From a virus: a DNA stretch of 64,000 bases. The translations under genes were made by a program, and so were the position numbers. How positions within the stretch are numbered: the first letter of the stretch is position 1; each line of letters begins with the position of its first letter. The stretch is from positions 1-64,000 of the IMG/VR virus record IMGVR_UViG_3300032770_000003, one strand, 5' to 3'. Below, in pieces: positions 16,944 through 25,689 of this stretch. Under the pieces are notes generated by a model. It was given only the letters and a program-made list of their open reading frames with translations. It was not told the origin of the DNA and did no database searches.

Positions 16944-17749
16944 GTCACCGCTCCGGAAAACTTCGGCGCCTGTTCAACCATCCAGAAGTCGTTGGACTCC
17001 TCCCACATGAGGTACTCAGCGGTGAACCAAACGTAGCCGCCGTAACCCCACTCCGTGCTCCACGAGTTGACGATCTCGAAGTGGTTGCCGTCGTAGCCGA
17101 TGATGCAAAGAGCGTGGCCACCAGCAATCTGCTTGTCGACGGGCGGATCCTCGGCAACCGGATCGAGAACGTTCGAGCAGAAATCCTCCGAAACAGACGT
17201 ACCGAAGGTCACGCAGTACCCGGCGGCGAGCGCTCGCTTGACGTCCGTTATCCGGGCTGTACCCGTCGAGGCGATTTTCCGGTAAATGGTTGGCGCGTGC
17301 TGATCATAGGCATCCCGGAACGCCAACGAGTCCGGCATGGTCTTGAACTTCACAGCGTCGTCGCTGTAGGTCCAAGCCGTCTCTGGCGGGAAACCAAGCT
17401 TGTTGACCGCCGAGTAGAAGTAGCGCAGGAAGGTGCCCGAGTCCTCGCCAGTCTGATGCGTGAACGCGCGTGCGAAGTAGTAGCCGAAGAGTCGTGACCC
17501 TAGCGGCGGGTTGACCGCTCCCAGGCGCACCTGACTCGCGCGCAGCGACTGCATACCTGCATTCGCCACACAGCTCCCCAACTGACCTTGGTCCAGCACA
17601 CTGATGATCAGGCTCTTGTTGCTGGCACTGGGAGGCGGTGGCGGGGCTGCCTTCAAGACCTCATCCGCATCACGATCCGGTGTCTCACCAGGCTGCTTGA
17701 TCGGATCGCGGCGGTAGCCCAAACCACGTCGAGTGAAGGAGGGACTCAC
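16940..17749 (-). CDS. papain-like C1 cysteine peptidase
   Basis: DQGQLGSCVANA, GGHA..IIGYD, NSW...WG.GG. Confidence 0.92.
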   Translation of the reverse strand: MSPSFTRRGLGYRRDPIKQPGETPDRDADEVLKAAPPPPPSASNKSLIISVLDQGQLGSCVANAGMQSLRASQVRLGAVNPPLGSRLFGYYFARAFTHQTGEDSGTFLRYFYSAVNKLGFPPETAWTYSDDAVKFKTMPDSLAFRDAYDQHAPTIYRKIASTGTARITDVKRALAAGYCVTFGTSVSEDFCSNVLDPVAEDPPVDKQIAGGHALCIIGYDGNHFEIVNSWSTEWGYGGYVWFTAEYLMWEESNDFWMVEQAPKFSGAVT

Positions 17750-18207
17750 TTCCTGCTCCTTCTCATGCTCTGAACCATGATCACCGGCTCAGGGACAACG
17801 AGACCTTGTGCGGTCCTCTGCAGGGTGTTGCCTTGCTGGGTGACCCCCAGCGGAGCAATGAGCGCCAGCAGCTGAGTGTAGACCTGCTGGAAGTCAGCGA
17901 AAGCAGCGTCGAGCTTGGCTTGATCGATGTCCTGCACACCTTGAGTGAGCGAGAGCGCCACCTGGAGGGCGCTCAAGGCCCGTGCGATGACCGTATCGAT
18001 CTGCTGCTCAAGAACCGGATTGGGCTTGGCTCTGAAATAGGTGTCGATGAAGTTCTTGATCGTGTCGATGACCAAGATCCCATCTGTGATCACCGACAGA
18101 ATCCCCGGCAGCGCAGCCGGGAGCGTGGCACAGCCTGGAGCTAGGAACGTCGCGAGAGCTGCCAGAAACGCCGACTCAGAAAAGACACGTCGCGTGAGCT
18201 GGTGCAT
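17746..18207 (-). CDS. putative lipoprotein
   Basis: RR..F-like N-terminus, hydrophobic stretch, APGC lipobox-like motif. Confidence 0.6.
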   Translation of the reverse strand: MHQLTRRVFSESAFLAALATFLAPGCATLPAALPGILSVITDGILVIDTIKNFIDTYFRAKPNPVLEQQIDTVIARALSALQVALSLTQGVQDIDQAKLDAAFADFQQVYTQLLALIAPLGVTQQGNTLQRTAQGLVVPEPVIMVQSMRRSRK

Positions 18208-18253
18208 GGGAGACAGCGTCCCCCGTCCGTCCTCTCAGGTCAAGAGGTACGGA

Positions 18254-18982
18254 TTACCGTTCTTTCACGCTGAAATCTATCGTCGTGCCCGCGGTCAACG
18301 TCCCGGAGGCATTGAGTCGGAATTGACTCGCCGTCCGCTCGACGTCGGGCATGCTGAGAAACGCTGGGCTGCCCGTGAGTGTGTTGAAGCTCGCATCCAC
18401 TGTGTAGTTGCCGTCCGTGAAGGCATCGGCCGGCAGATCGACCAGCCAGGTCGTACCGTCTCCAGGGACCTGCCAAGTGAAATTCACCGTCATGTCAACA
18501 GCTCCTGGATAGGCGATCAGCTCGACGGCGTTGAACACGTCGAAGGGGTGGAAGAACTGCTTGTTGTTGAACGCACTGCGCACATGCTCGTGCCGAAACG
18601 CAGCTTCCTGGTCCGAAGACAGCACGCGGCCCTGAATCACCAGGCGCGCGAGACGCATCATGGTGCGGTAAGGTAGGACAAGCTCGTACCGTATCTGGGT
18701 GCTGTTCGTGGTGCCCGGCTCCTCAATCTGAAGAGTCAGCTCCTGGTTCACCGTGTCATTCTTGACCACGGACGCACAGAAGGAGCGGCGGTTGAAGCCG
18801 ACGACCCGACGCCAGTCAGTGTGCTGGAGCGAGTGCCGGACGCCTCCGGGGGCGATGCGGAAGAAGCCGTGGTGGTCCGGTACGAACGACGTCAGCCGGC
18901 TGTTCGACGCAGAAGGGAGCAGGAGACGAACAAACGTCCCCTGCTCCACCTGATCCACGCGCAAAAGAGATAAACTAGCCAT
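18254..18982 (-). CDS. hypothetical protein
   Basis: start MASLSLL overlapping the HNH stop. Confidence 0.65.
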   Translation of the reverse strand: MASLSLLRVDQVEQGTFVRLLLPSASNSRLTSFVPDHHGFFRIAPGGVRHSLQHTDWRRVVGFNRRSFCASVVKNDTVNQELTLQIEEPGTTNSTQIRYELVLPYRTMMRLARLVIQGRVLSSDQEAAFRHEHVRSAFNNKQFFHPFDVFNAVELIAYPGAVDMTVNFTWQVPGDGTTWLVDLPADAFTDGNYTVDASFNTLTGSPAFLSMPDVERTASQFRLNASGTLTAGTTIDFSVKER

Positions 18983-19478
18983 CGAGATGCTTCCAAATCT
19001 CTCGTTTCCGGATCCGCCAAATGAGCTGGTGAGAAACACCGTAACGGTCTGCTAGTACCTGCTGTTTCTCACCAGAAGCGAGAATCTCTCGGACTTGCAC
19101 CTCAGTAAGGCGACAAGACCCGTGACGTTCTCCACGCGCATAGACGATGCCATCAAATCGTCCCCTCTGATGGGCTTCGTACATATTTACTGAGCGCGTA
19201 CCCTCACTCAAATGAAGCGGATTCACACACAACCGAACATCACAACTGTGCAAGCTATTCAGCTCCCTCTGAATAGGACGTCCAAGCTTGGCTTCCAAAA
19301 CTAGTCTGTGAGCTGACTCCGTTCTCCCGTTTATGCGAATGCAACCGTACCCCTGTCTGGTTGCCGAAGTCCAAAGCCAACAAGGACCTAAGCCAGGACG
19401 CACTTCGGGACCGTCAAAGTTGACCTTATCCCAGAAGCGCTGCGGCAGCGCACTGTGTATGAGACTCAGCCCGGCCAC
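18975..19478 (-). CDS. HNH homing endonuclease (HNH_3 plus HTH)
   Basis: RFWDKV...CWLW...GYG...AHR...LHSCDVRLCVNPLHL..GT..N. Confidence 0.92.
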   Translation of the reverse strand: MAGLSLIHSALPQRFWDKVNFDGPEVRPGLGPCWLWTSATRQGYGCIRINGRTESAHRLVLEAKLGRPIQRELNSLHSCDVRLCVNPLHLSEGTRSVNMYEAHQRGRFDGIVYARGERHGSCRLTEVQVREILASGEKQQVLADRYGVSHQLIWRIRKREIWKHLDG

Positions 19479-19493
19479 TGGCCGGATTCTACG

Positions 19494-20783
19494 CTACTTC
19501 CAGTCCAAAAGGACGAACGGACCGTTTCCCGCCACAGGGTAGGTCGCCACGGGCGACCCTGCGACGATGTCGAGGATGACGACCGCCCCGGTGCCGTCGT
19601 TCGCGATCACCGCCACCTGAGTTCCAGCTGGATTCCACACCGGTGATCGCGCCGCAGCCACCGCCAGGGGCTTCACGTATGGAAGAGCGAGATCGCTGGG
19701 CGTCGGCTTGCGGTCGAAGTCGAAGTAGTCGACGGACCAGTCGTTTCGCCGATAGACCAGCTGGCGCCCATCCGGAGAGAGCGCGAACGCAGGTCGTGGC
19801 GCCTTAGGTGGCGCCTTCGCCGGATGGTAAGTGTCAACCCAAATGGGGGCTTCGTCCACCGCCAACCCATCACAGACAAGCTCGGAATCGATCAAGACAC
19901 ACAGCGTGTTGCCTTTCAAATCGAATCCCGTGAAGTCCGATGACTCGTTGTTGACCCCGCCCCACAGCGTGGGAGCTGTGGAAGCATCTCCCTGACGGAT
20001 CCAAATCCCATAGCCACTCTGGGCCGGATCCCATGCCATGTATGCGAGTCCGTTGTTCGGCAACGCCACGACGTTCAGCAGTGGCTGCTTGCCGTAGGGT
20101 GGAGTGGATACTCCACGGTGAGCTGAGCAGTCTGTGAAATCGACACCGTCGATCTCGTAGTCACCGTTGCCACCGAAGGCAGCCGAGTGCGACCACAAGA
20201 GGTAGCTCCCATCCGCCGAACGCACCCAGTTTCCCGGTGACCCCGCGTAGACCGAAGTTGCCTCACACTCTTGGCCTGGCCAAAAGTCCTGTGTCGTGCC
20301 GTCGCTGGCGTTGAGCAGCTTCAGGCGCCCATCACCCGCTTGCAGCAAGATGCTCGCACCAGGTGCGGGCGGCGGTGGGGGCGGTGGAGGATCTGCTGTT
20401 CCCCCTGTCCCACCTGTTCCTACTCCTCCCGCGCCACCCACACTGACGCCGCTGTCTGGTGTGGGATCACCTCCACTGCCAGCACCGCTTCCTGCTCCAC
20501 CTGCACCTCCAACTCCCCCTGTTCCGCCTGTTCCTGCGCCCACCTCCGGAGCTGCCGCAGGCAACGTGTCAACAGCCGGCTGGCTGTCTGGCTGTTGTGT
20601 ATCCGCCGAAACACCACCATCGGCTTGTGGAGTGGTCACCACAGCCGGTTTGACGGGACTCTTCAACGGTGGATCGGTTGGCGTGGCCACCATTGGTGGT
20701 TGTGTGACCTCGCTGTGCGCATCATCCTGCTGTTGCGCACACCCTGCAACTAACGCGACAAGTACCAGAAACGTTGTTCTCAT
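19494..20783 (-). CDS. lipoprotein with Gly/Pro linker and TolB-like beta-propeller
   Basis: LVAGC lipobox; SPDGRQLVY and PVWNPAGTQVAV repeats. Confidence 0.75.
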   Translation of the reverse strand: MRTTFLVLVALVAGCAQQQDDAHSEVTQPPMVATPTDPPLKSPVKPAVVTTPQADGGVSADTQQPDSQPAVDTLPAAAPEVGAGTGGTGGVGGAGGAGSGAGSGGDPTPDSGVSVGGAGGVGTGGTGGTADPPPPPPPPAPGASILLQAGDGRLKLLNASDGTTQDFWPGQECEATSVYAGSPGNWVRSADGSYLLWSHSAAFGGNGDYEIDGVDFTDCSAHRGVSTPPYGKQPLLNVVALPNNGLAYMAWDPAQSGYGIWIRQGDASTAPTLWGGVNNESSDFTGFDLKGNTLCVLIDSELVCDGLAVDEAPIWVDTYHPAKAPPKAPRPAFALSPDGRQLVYRRNDWSVDYFDFDRKPTPSDLALPYVKPLAVAAARSPVWNPAGTQVAVIANDGTGAVVILDIVAGSPVATYPVAGNGPFVLLDWK

Positions 20784-20803
20784 AGTCCGAACTCCCTTCG
20801 TAC

Positions 20804-20824
20804 AGAGGTCGGACCGCACAGAAG
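20804..20824 (-). promoter_or_regulatory. conserved motif copy 11 (variant)
   Basis: agaggtcggaccgcacagaag, 20 nt upstream of the ATG at 20783. Confidence 0.6.
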
Positions 20825-21131
20825 TAACTTTAGGAGTGCTGTGATGTAGGTAACACAGTATGTGATTACACCTACATAAAAAACTGCTAGAGTACCTAGT
20901 TATTGCTCTGCGCAATCCAGATCTGGTCCCTGGACTGCTAGCAGCCAGCAAGCTCGTCTACAATCTTTCCTGTCAGGAGAAGCTTGTAGGAGACGAGTTT
21001 GGGGCAAATCTGCTCAGAGCCACGGTTGAAATCATCTTGGCACGGGCGTACCAAGAGGAAGCCGGGCTTATCGTCGACGAAGACACTGAGCCTCAGATTC
21101 GGCTCATCTGTCAAAACTGCGGGGCAGGTTA

Positions 21132-21419
21132 CTAGCGGTACGGACCGTACCGGTTGATCACGCCCCTCATCCGGATGGCCCCTATCGGATTCTGACTGTG
21201 CACCGTGGGCTTGTTGGCAGGCCAGTGGTGTTTGTCAGCCATCCAGACACAGAGGTCGTAACCCGTAGCTTTCGTGGTCCCCAGATCGTGATCGAGTGAG
21301 AGGTCATCGACCTTGCCGGTCTGAAGAAGCACCTTGGCCGCATCGACAGTCTGGCACCACACCCAATCAGGAGGTGCCGGGCGGGTGTCGTCGAGCCAAA
21401 CCTTCAGCACTTCAGTCAC
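21132..21419 (-). CDS. cyclic-phosphate-processing receiver-like domain protein
   Basis: KVWLDDTRPAP..W...LSLDHDLG...GYD...W...VHSQNP.G...M. Confidence 0.8.
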   Translation of the reverse strand: MTEVLKVWLDDTRPAPPDWVWCQTVDAAKVLLQTGKVDDLSLDHDLGTTKATGYDLCVWMADKHHWPANKPTVHSQNPIGAIRMRGVINRYGPYR

Positions 21420-21648
21420 CGAGCACGTACTGAAAGCGTTTGAGTTCCTCGCGCAAACGAAGCATTTGCTCCGCGGTCAGCGTGGTCCCAGCATAGACCT
21501 CGGTCACTTGCCAGGTAACCGGATCTTCGCCGATGCGGAGCCATTTCCCGCGCTTCGCAAAGCTGGCAGGGATCCAGGCGATATCGGTTTCACCAGTGCG
21601 AGGCCGGTGTAGCTCGCACTGGCGGTAAGTCACATCACTCACCGTCAC
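21412..21648 (-). CDS. hypothetical protein
   Basis: coupled ORF; YRQC.L...AWIP..FA..G. Confidence 0.6.
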   Translation of the reverse strand: MTVSDVTYRQCELHRPRTGETDIAWIPASFAKRGKWLRIGEDPVTWQVTEVYAGTTLTAEQMLRLREELKRFQYVLGD

Positions 21649-21959
21649 ACCGATGGTGTGACGCTCTGTAGCTCGTTGAGATCAGCCTGAATCTGGTTGA
21701 TCACAGCAAGCTCAGCGTTCTTGGCGTCTGTGCTCGCCTGGACCTTGAGGTCCGCGTCTTGCTGGGCGGCCCCGATAGCTGCAGCCTGAGTGGCCAGAGC
21801 TTGCTGCACCAACAGATGCTGGGCTGACGTCACATCAGCGAGATTCTGAAGCGCATCCTGTGCCGCTTCCGACGCCGTACCCGCAGCGTCTGCCAGCCCA
21901 GAGAGCTTGGGTACAAGCGTGTTCAGCTCCGCGATGATCTCAGCAGGTGTCCTCGGCAT
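21645..21959 (-). CDS. Ala-rich coiled-coil protein
   Basis: AAGGAGAGG RBS. Confidence 0.6.
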   Translation of the reverse strand: MPRTPAEIIAELNTLVPKLSGLADAAGTASEAAQDALQNLADVTSAQHLLVQQALATQAAAIGAAQQDADLKVQASTDAKNAELAVINQIQADLNELQSVTPSV

Positions 21960-21976
21960 GACCTCTCCTTACCACG

Positions 21977-23068
21977 TCAGTGGTGGTTCTCGACAACATT
22001 TCCGGAATGGTGCGCGAACGGCTGACCACCCAGGTACTGCAGCCAGATCTGCACCGCCTCCTTCTGAAACTGTTGCAACGCCTTGAGCCCCTCGGCCGCA
22101 GCTCGGTCACTCCACAGCAAGGAATTGCCGATGCGTGCGATCTCCTCGACGTCATCGGGGTCCGCTTGCCAGTGCTTGGGCGCCCACTCGATGGCGGGTG
22201 TTACCACGGACGGCACACCTTCCGCAGTCGCATCCGCCGTTGCGATATTGAAGGTCTCGGTGTGGCTGACTTGGATCGCGAGATCCATCGTCGCAACGAG
22301 ACGGCGAAACTCAGCCCAGTTCTTCCACCCGTCCTCGATGAGCTTCACCCCAGGGAGGTTGCCCATCATGTTGCGGATCGCCCGCGCCACCACGCCTCCG
22401 GTGATCCCCTCTTCGCGGTTGGCGGAGATGTGGAATTCGAGATCGCAGTTGCGCTGCTTGGCGATCATCAGAGCGGCTGCGGCGGCGGTGGTATGGTTCT
22501 TCAGCAAGCGAAGCGCACCGAAGCTCGATACCCGTAGCAACTTGTGGTCGTGTGTGAAGTCCTTCTTCACGAAGGCTCGATCGAAGTCGTAGAGGTTGGG
22601 CAAGTAAAGTACGTGGCCGCTGTACGAGGTCTCGATCCACTCTTTGAACTGCTTGCTGTTACCGGACAGAGTGAAGTTGAGCTGTGACTCCTGCAGCAGA
22701 ATGTCGTCGCGAATGAGGTTGATGGCTCCGGGCTCGACGACCAGGAAGCCAACCTGGCTGTGTGATCGCACGATGAAGTGCACGCTTGGATACTGCAGAC
22801 ACCACGAATTCAGAATCGGTGTCTGAATCCAAGGAGCCTCGATCAGGGCATGAGTGCACGTCGGAGTCTTGTTGAGGATCTCGACGATCTCATGCGGGTG
22901 CCTGACACCGTGAATGTCGACGTGGATCTTGTACCGACGAAGGACACGCGCTGTGTGAAGTGCGTTGACCCCAAGCCCGATGTGACAGAACTTGTCATCG
23001 AGCTTCATGAAATTTCGGTAGAAGATGATCAGATGGACGTTGGGGAGCGACGGATCGAGATAGAACAT
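21977..23068 (-). CDS. GT-B (GT4-like) glycosyltransferase
   Basis: FGALRLLKNH; DLAIQVSHTETFNIATADA.AEGVPSV. Confidence 0.8.
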   Translation of the reverse strand: MFYLDPSLPNVHLIIFYRNFMKLDDKFCHIGLGVNALHTARVLRRYKIHVDIHGVRHPHEIVEILNKTPTCTHALIEAPWIQTPILNSWCLQYPSVHFIVRSHSQVGFLVVEPGAINLIRDDILLQESQLNFTLSGNSKQFKEWIETSYSGHVLYLPNLYDFDRAFVKKDFTHDHKLLRVSSFGALRLLKNHTTAAAAALMIAKQRNCDLEFHISANREEGITGGVVARAIRNMMGNLPGVKLIEDGWKNWAEFRRLVATMDLAIQVSHTETFNIATADATAEGVPSVVTPAIEWAPKHWQADPDDVEEIARIGNSLLWSDRAAAEGLKALQQFQKEAVQIWLQYLGGQPFAHHSGNVVENHH

Positions 23069-23171
23069 CAGTTCACACCGATATGAGAGGTCGGCACAGA
23101 GCGACCTTATCACCGGTGGATCAGACCCGACAAGACCCGTGTGTAGTGTTACGTTCCCGACACAGTGGCGG

Positions 23172-23244
23172 TGTTCCCGATGGGATTCGAACCCACAAAC
23201 TTCCGCTTAGGACGCGGACGCCCGTCCGATCGGGCTCCGGGAAC
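23172..23244 (-). tRNA. tRNA-Arg(CCT)
   Basis: cloverleaf; loop GUCCUAA. Confidence 0.85.
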
Positions 23245-23468
23245 TTGCCGAACGACTCGCCAGCGATTTTTCGAACAGAGGGCCAGGTCGTGGAACGCCA
23301 ACCACGCCAGTAAGTTGATCAAGACGGTCATCTGAATGTTGTGCGTCAAAGACCAAGCTTCCAGCTCCCCCCAAGACCGACTGCGGCGTAAGAAGGACTT
23401 GAGAGGAGCTGTCCAAGCCCGCCACCGGTAGTCGTTCGCTGCTGGAATCTCGTAGGCAGCAGGGTAGT

Positions 23469-23987
23469 CTACGGCAGAAGGTCCGTCGACCAGTACTGAG
23501 CCCACTCCGGTGGAGTTGCCCCGCTCACCTTCACCGACACCACCGGCAGGTAGGTCGGCTTTTTCGGCTTGCGAACGAGCGTCATCCCCGCCTCCTGTGG
23601 AGTCCGATCGGCTTTCGTCGTGTTGCACGTTAGACACGATGAGACAATGTTCTGCCATGTCGTCTTTCCACCACGCGACCGTGGGATGACGTGATCAAAG
23701 TTCAAATCCTCGGTGTTGAAACGCTGACCACAGTACTGACACTCGAAATGATCACGAATATACACGTTCAGGCGGCTGAACTTGATCCGGATCCGGTCCC
23801 GCTTGAAGCGAGCGAGCACCCGAACCACTGAGGGCATGGGAAAGCTCCGCGAAACACCCTGAATGGTTCGGTCCTTGGAGTATTCGATTACCTCCAATTT
23901 GCCCAAGATGGTGTCGGCGATCGCGTCTTGCCAGGACGTGACCCGCAACGGTCTCCAGTCGATGTCAAGTACCAAAACGGCGGTCAT
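23469..23987 (-). CDS. McrA-like HNH endonuclease
   Basis: VLVL...P...W..A...PSVVR...FSR.NV..RD...CQYCG...DHVIPRSRGG.T.W.N...C..CN. Confidence 0.9.
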   Translation of the reverse strand: MTAVLVLDIDWRPLRVTSWQDAIADTILGKLEVIEYSKDRTIQGVSRSFPMPSVVRVLARFKRDRIRIKFSRLNVYIRDHFECQYCGQRFNTEDLNFDHVIPRSRGGKTTWQNIVSSCLTCNTTKADRTPQEAGMTLVRKPKKPTYLPVVSVKVSGATPPEWAQYWSTDLLP

Positions 23988-24028
23988 CGGATTCTCCTTC
24001 GCGTCAATGTCGATTCATTGTTCCCTCG

Positions 24029-24101
24029 TGCGCTCGGAGAGATTCGAACTCTCACTTTGTAAGGCTTGAGCTTACTGCCTCTTCCGTTGGGCTACGAGCG
24101 C
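24029..24101 (-). tRNA. tRNA-Leu(CAA), short variable arm
   Basis: loop CUCAAGC. Confidence 0.85.
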
Positions 24102-24102
24102 G

Positions 24103-24315
24103 CTACACCTTATCCCCATCACCATACTCCGCCCGAATCACCTGATACAAGAACCTCCCTTTGGATGGTGCGTCAATGAACTGCTCGAAGACCCCACGCG
24201 GGACGTCCTGGTACGCATAGACAGCTCCGTTGCGAAACTGGACGTAGAGGATCTGTTCCTCGCGGTCGTAGGCCACGGCACTGATGTGCGACGACGCTAC
24301 CGCCTGGATCCTCAT
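24103..24315 (-). CDS. KTSC domain protein
   Basis: VASSHI.AV.YD.....L.V.F.NG.VY.Y..VP...F.....APSKG.F. Confidence 0.9.
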   Translation of the reverse strand: MRIQAVASSHISAVAYDREEQILYVQFRNGAVYAYQDVPRGVFEQFIDAPSKGRFLYQVIRAEYGDGDKV

Positions 24316-24335
24316 GCGACCCAGTTTACATCAAG

Positions 24336-24416
24336 TGCGCTCGGGGGGATTCGAACCCCCATGCCCGAAGGCACGGCTTCTGAGACCGCCACGTATGCCA
24401 GTTCCGTCACGAGCGC
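24336..24416 (-). tRNA. tRNA-Leu(CAG)
   Basis: loop CUCAGAA; long variable arm. Confidence 0.9.
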
Positions 24417-24420
24417 GAAG

Positions 24421-24501
24421 TCGATGGGGAGGGATTCGAACCCTCATGCCGAAGCACTGGCTTCTAACGCCAGCGTGTCTTACCTGTTCCACCACCCACC
24501 G
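24421..24501 (-). tRNA. tRNA-Leu(TAG)
   Basis: loop GUUAGAA; long variable arm. Confidence 0.85.
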
Positions 24502-24523
24502 GATGGGTTGCGACTGCGCAAAG

Positions 24524-24598
24524 TAGCCACGGCGGGATTCGAACCCGCACTGTACACGTCCTCAACGTGCTGCCTCTTCCAAGTTGGGCTACGTGGCC
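24524..24598 (-). tRNA. tRNA-Leu(GAG), short variable arm
   Basis: loop UUGAGGA. Confidence 0.85.
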
Positions 24599-24599
24599 G

Positions 24600-24673
24600 T
24601 GGGGGCGGAGGGATTCGAACCCTCACTGAGCCGGTTTTAGAGCGGCTGCCTCGTCCGGTTGGGCTACACCCCC
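24600..24673 (-). tRNA. tRNA-Leu(TAA), atypical (C33, C31:C39)
   Basis: AGCCG-CUCUAAAAC-CGGCU; completes the Leu cluster. Confidence 0.7.
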
Positions 24674-24698
24674 TGGTGACTCGGGTCATGTGATCTTG

Positions 24699-24792
24699 TC
24701 CGGGTGACAGGAATCGAACCTGTGCACTTGCGCTTATCTAGCGCTAACGCGGGGTATAAAGCCGCTGCTCTACCTAGCTGAGCTACACCCGG
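24699..24792 (-). tRNA. tRNA-Ile(TAT)-like with long variable arm
   Basis: loop UUUAUAC; variable arm GCGCU-AGAUA-AGCGC. Confidence 0.75.
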
Positions 24793-24826
24793 GTCCTTAC
24801 CTTCCTCTCAGAACGAGAGGTGTATA

Positions 24827-24988
24827 ATGCTGATAGCCATAGTCCCGATTGTGATCATGGTGGTTGGCCTCTTGATGTGGGTGCTGGCCGGGAATCCGTA
24901 TGTCAAAGAAGCCGGAAAAATCATGTTCTTCAGCGGGATGCTAGTGACCACCTTTGTGTGTGCGAAGGTCACCTGGCGTATCACCTAA
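24827..24988 (+). CDS. 53-aa two-TM membrane protein, antisense to the tRNA array
   Basis: GAGAGGTG RBS; MLIAIVPIVIMVVGLLMWVLAGNPYVKEAGKIMFFSGMLVTTFVCAKVTWRIT. Confidence 0.7.
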   Translation: MLIAIVPIVIMVVGLLMWVLAGNPYVKEAGKIMFFSGMLVTTFVCAKVTWRIT

Positions 24989-24990
24989 AG

Positions 24991-25061
24991 CGGAGCTGAC
25001 GGGAATCGAACCCGCCTCACGCCGTAGACAGCGGCGCAGCCTCCCAGATGCTTACAGCTCC
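24991..25061 (-). tRNA. tRNA-Asp(GTC)
   Basis: loop CUGUCUA. Confidence 0.85.
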
Positions 25062-25068
25062 ATTCAAG

Positions 25069-25141
25069 TCCGGATGGAGGGAATCGAACCCCCGCTGTCG
25101 TGGTGTGTAGGACCACCGCTCTGCCCCTGAGCTACACCCGG
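25069..25141 (-). tRNA. tRNA-Val(TAC)
   Basis: loop CCUACAC (C33). Confidence 0.85.
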
Positions 25142-25150
25142 GTCATATCG

Positions 25151-25223
25151 TGGGAACGGCAGGCTTTGCTCCTGCGACCTCCGGCGTGTCGAGCCGACGC
25201 TCTCCTGACTGAGCTACGCTCCC
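25151..25223 (-). tRNA. tRNA-Val(GAC)
   Basis: loop UCGACAC (C33); T loop AGCAAAG. Confidence 0.8.
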
Positions 25224-25228
25224 ATGTG

Positions 25229-25301
25229 TCGGGGTAACAGGATTCGAACCTGTGTCGTCTCGGCCCCCAGCCGAGTGCCTGAACCTCTAGGCTACACCCC
25301 G
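25229..25301 (-). tRNA. tRNA-Pro(GGG)
   Basis: loop CUGGGGG. Confidence 0.9.
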
Positions 25302-25658
25302 GTACGAAACAGCATGTGCACGACTACAAAACGGCTTGGACTTGTGTACTAGACGCTTTTCTCTAAGGAACGCTTTTCCACAAAAGGAGCACGTCAAAGG
25401 AACCATGGTCTTGGGTTTGTGATGACGTCGAACGTGCTCAGCCTGAGACACCAACACTTCTAAGTTCTCAAGGCGGTTATCCTTCTTACGTTCATTCTTG
25501 TGGTGAACCACCTCAAGAGCAGTCAGCAGCCGTCCTAAATGGTTTTCCATCACCACACGATGCAGATACACACGTCCTCTTGTATCTGCTGCTGGATGCT
25601 CTGGAACAATTGCCACGTCGTACTGACCGCGGCTCTCTACTCGACGAATCACCCACAC
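25287..25658 (-). CDS. HNH endonuclease; stop codon inside tRNA-Pro
   Basis: HRVVME..LGR.L...EVVHHKN..K.DNRLENL; C-terminal CSFC...FCS. Confidence 0.88.
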   Translation of the reverse strand: MWVIRRVESRGQYDVAIVPEHPAADTRGRVYLHRVVMENHLGRLLTALEVVHHKNERKKDNRLENLEVLVSQAEHVRRHHKPKTMVPLTCSFCGKAFLREKRLVHKSKPFCSRAHAVSYRGVA

Positions 25659-25689
25659 CGGGAAAAGATATCACCACAGAGGGGCTTCG

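Noticed and set aside
23085-23101. Twelfth copy of the conserved motif
   Set aside because: It lacks four central bases (gagaggtcg-gcacagag); the position upstream of a gene is suggestive but it is too degenerate to call.
24600-24673. Genome-wide TAG recoding via a suppressor tRNA
   Set aside because: Conserved genes are full length in the standard code and many end at TAG; the tRNA fits best as Leu(TAA).
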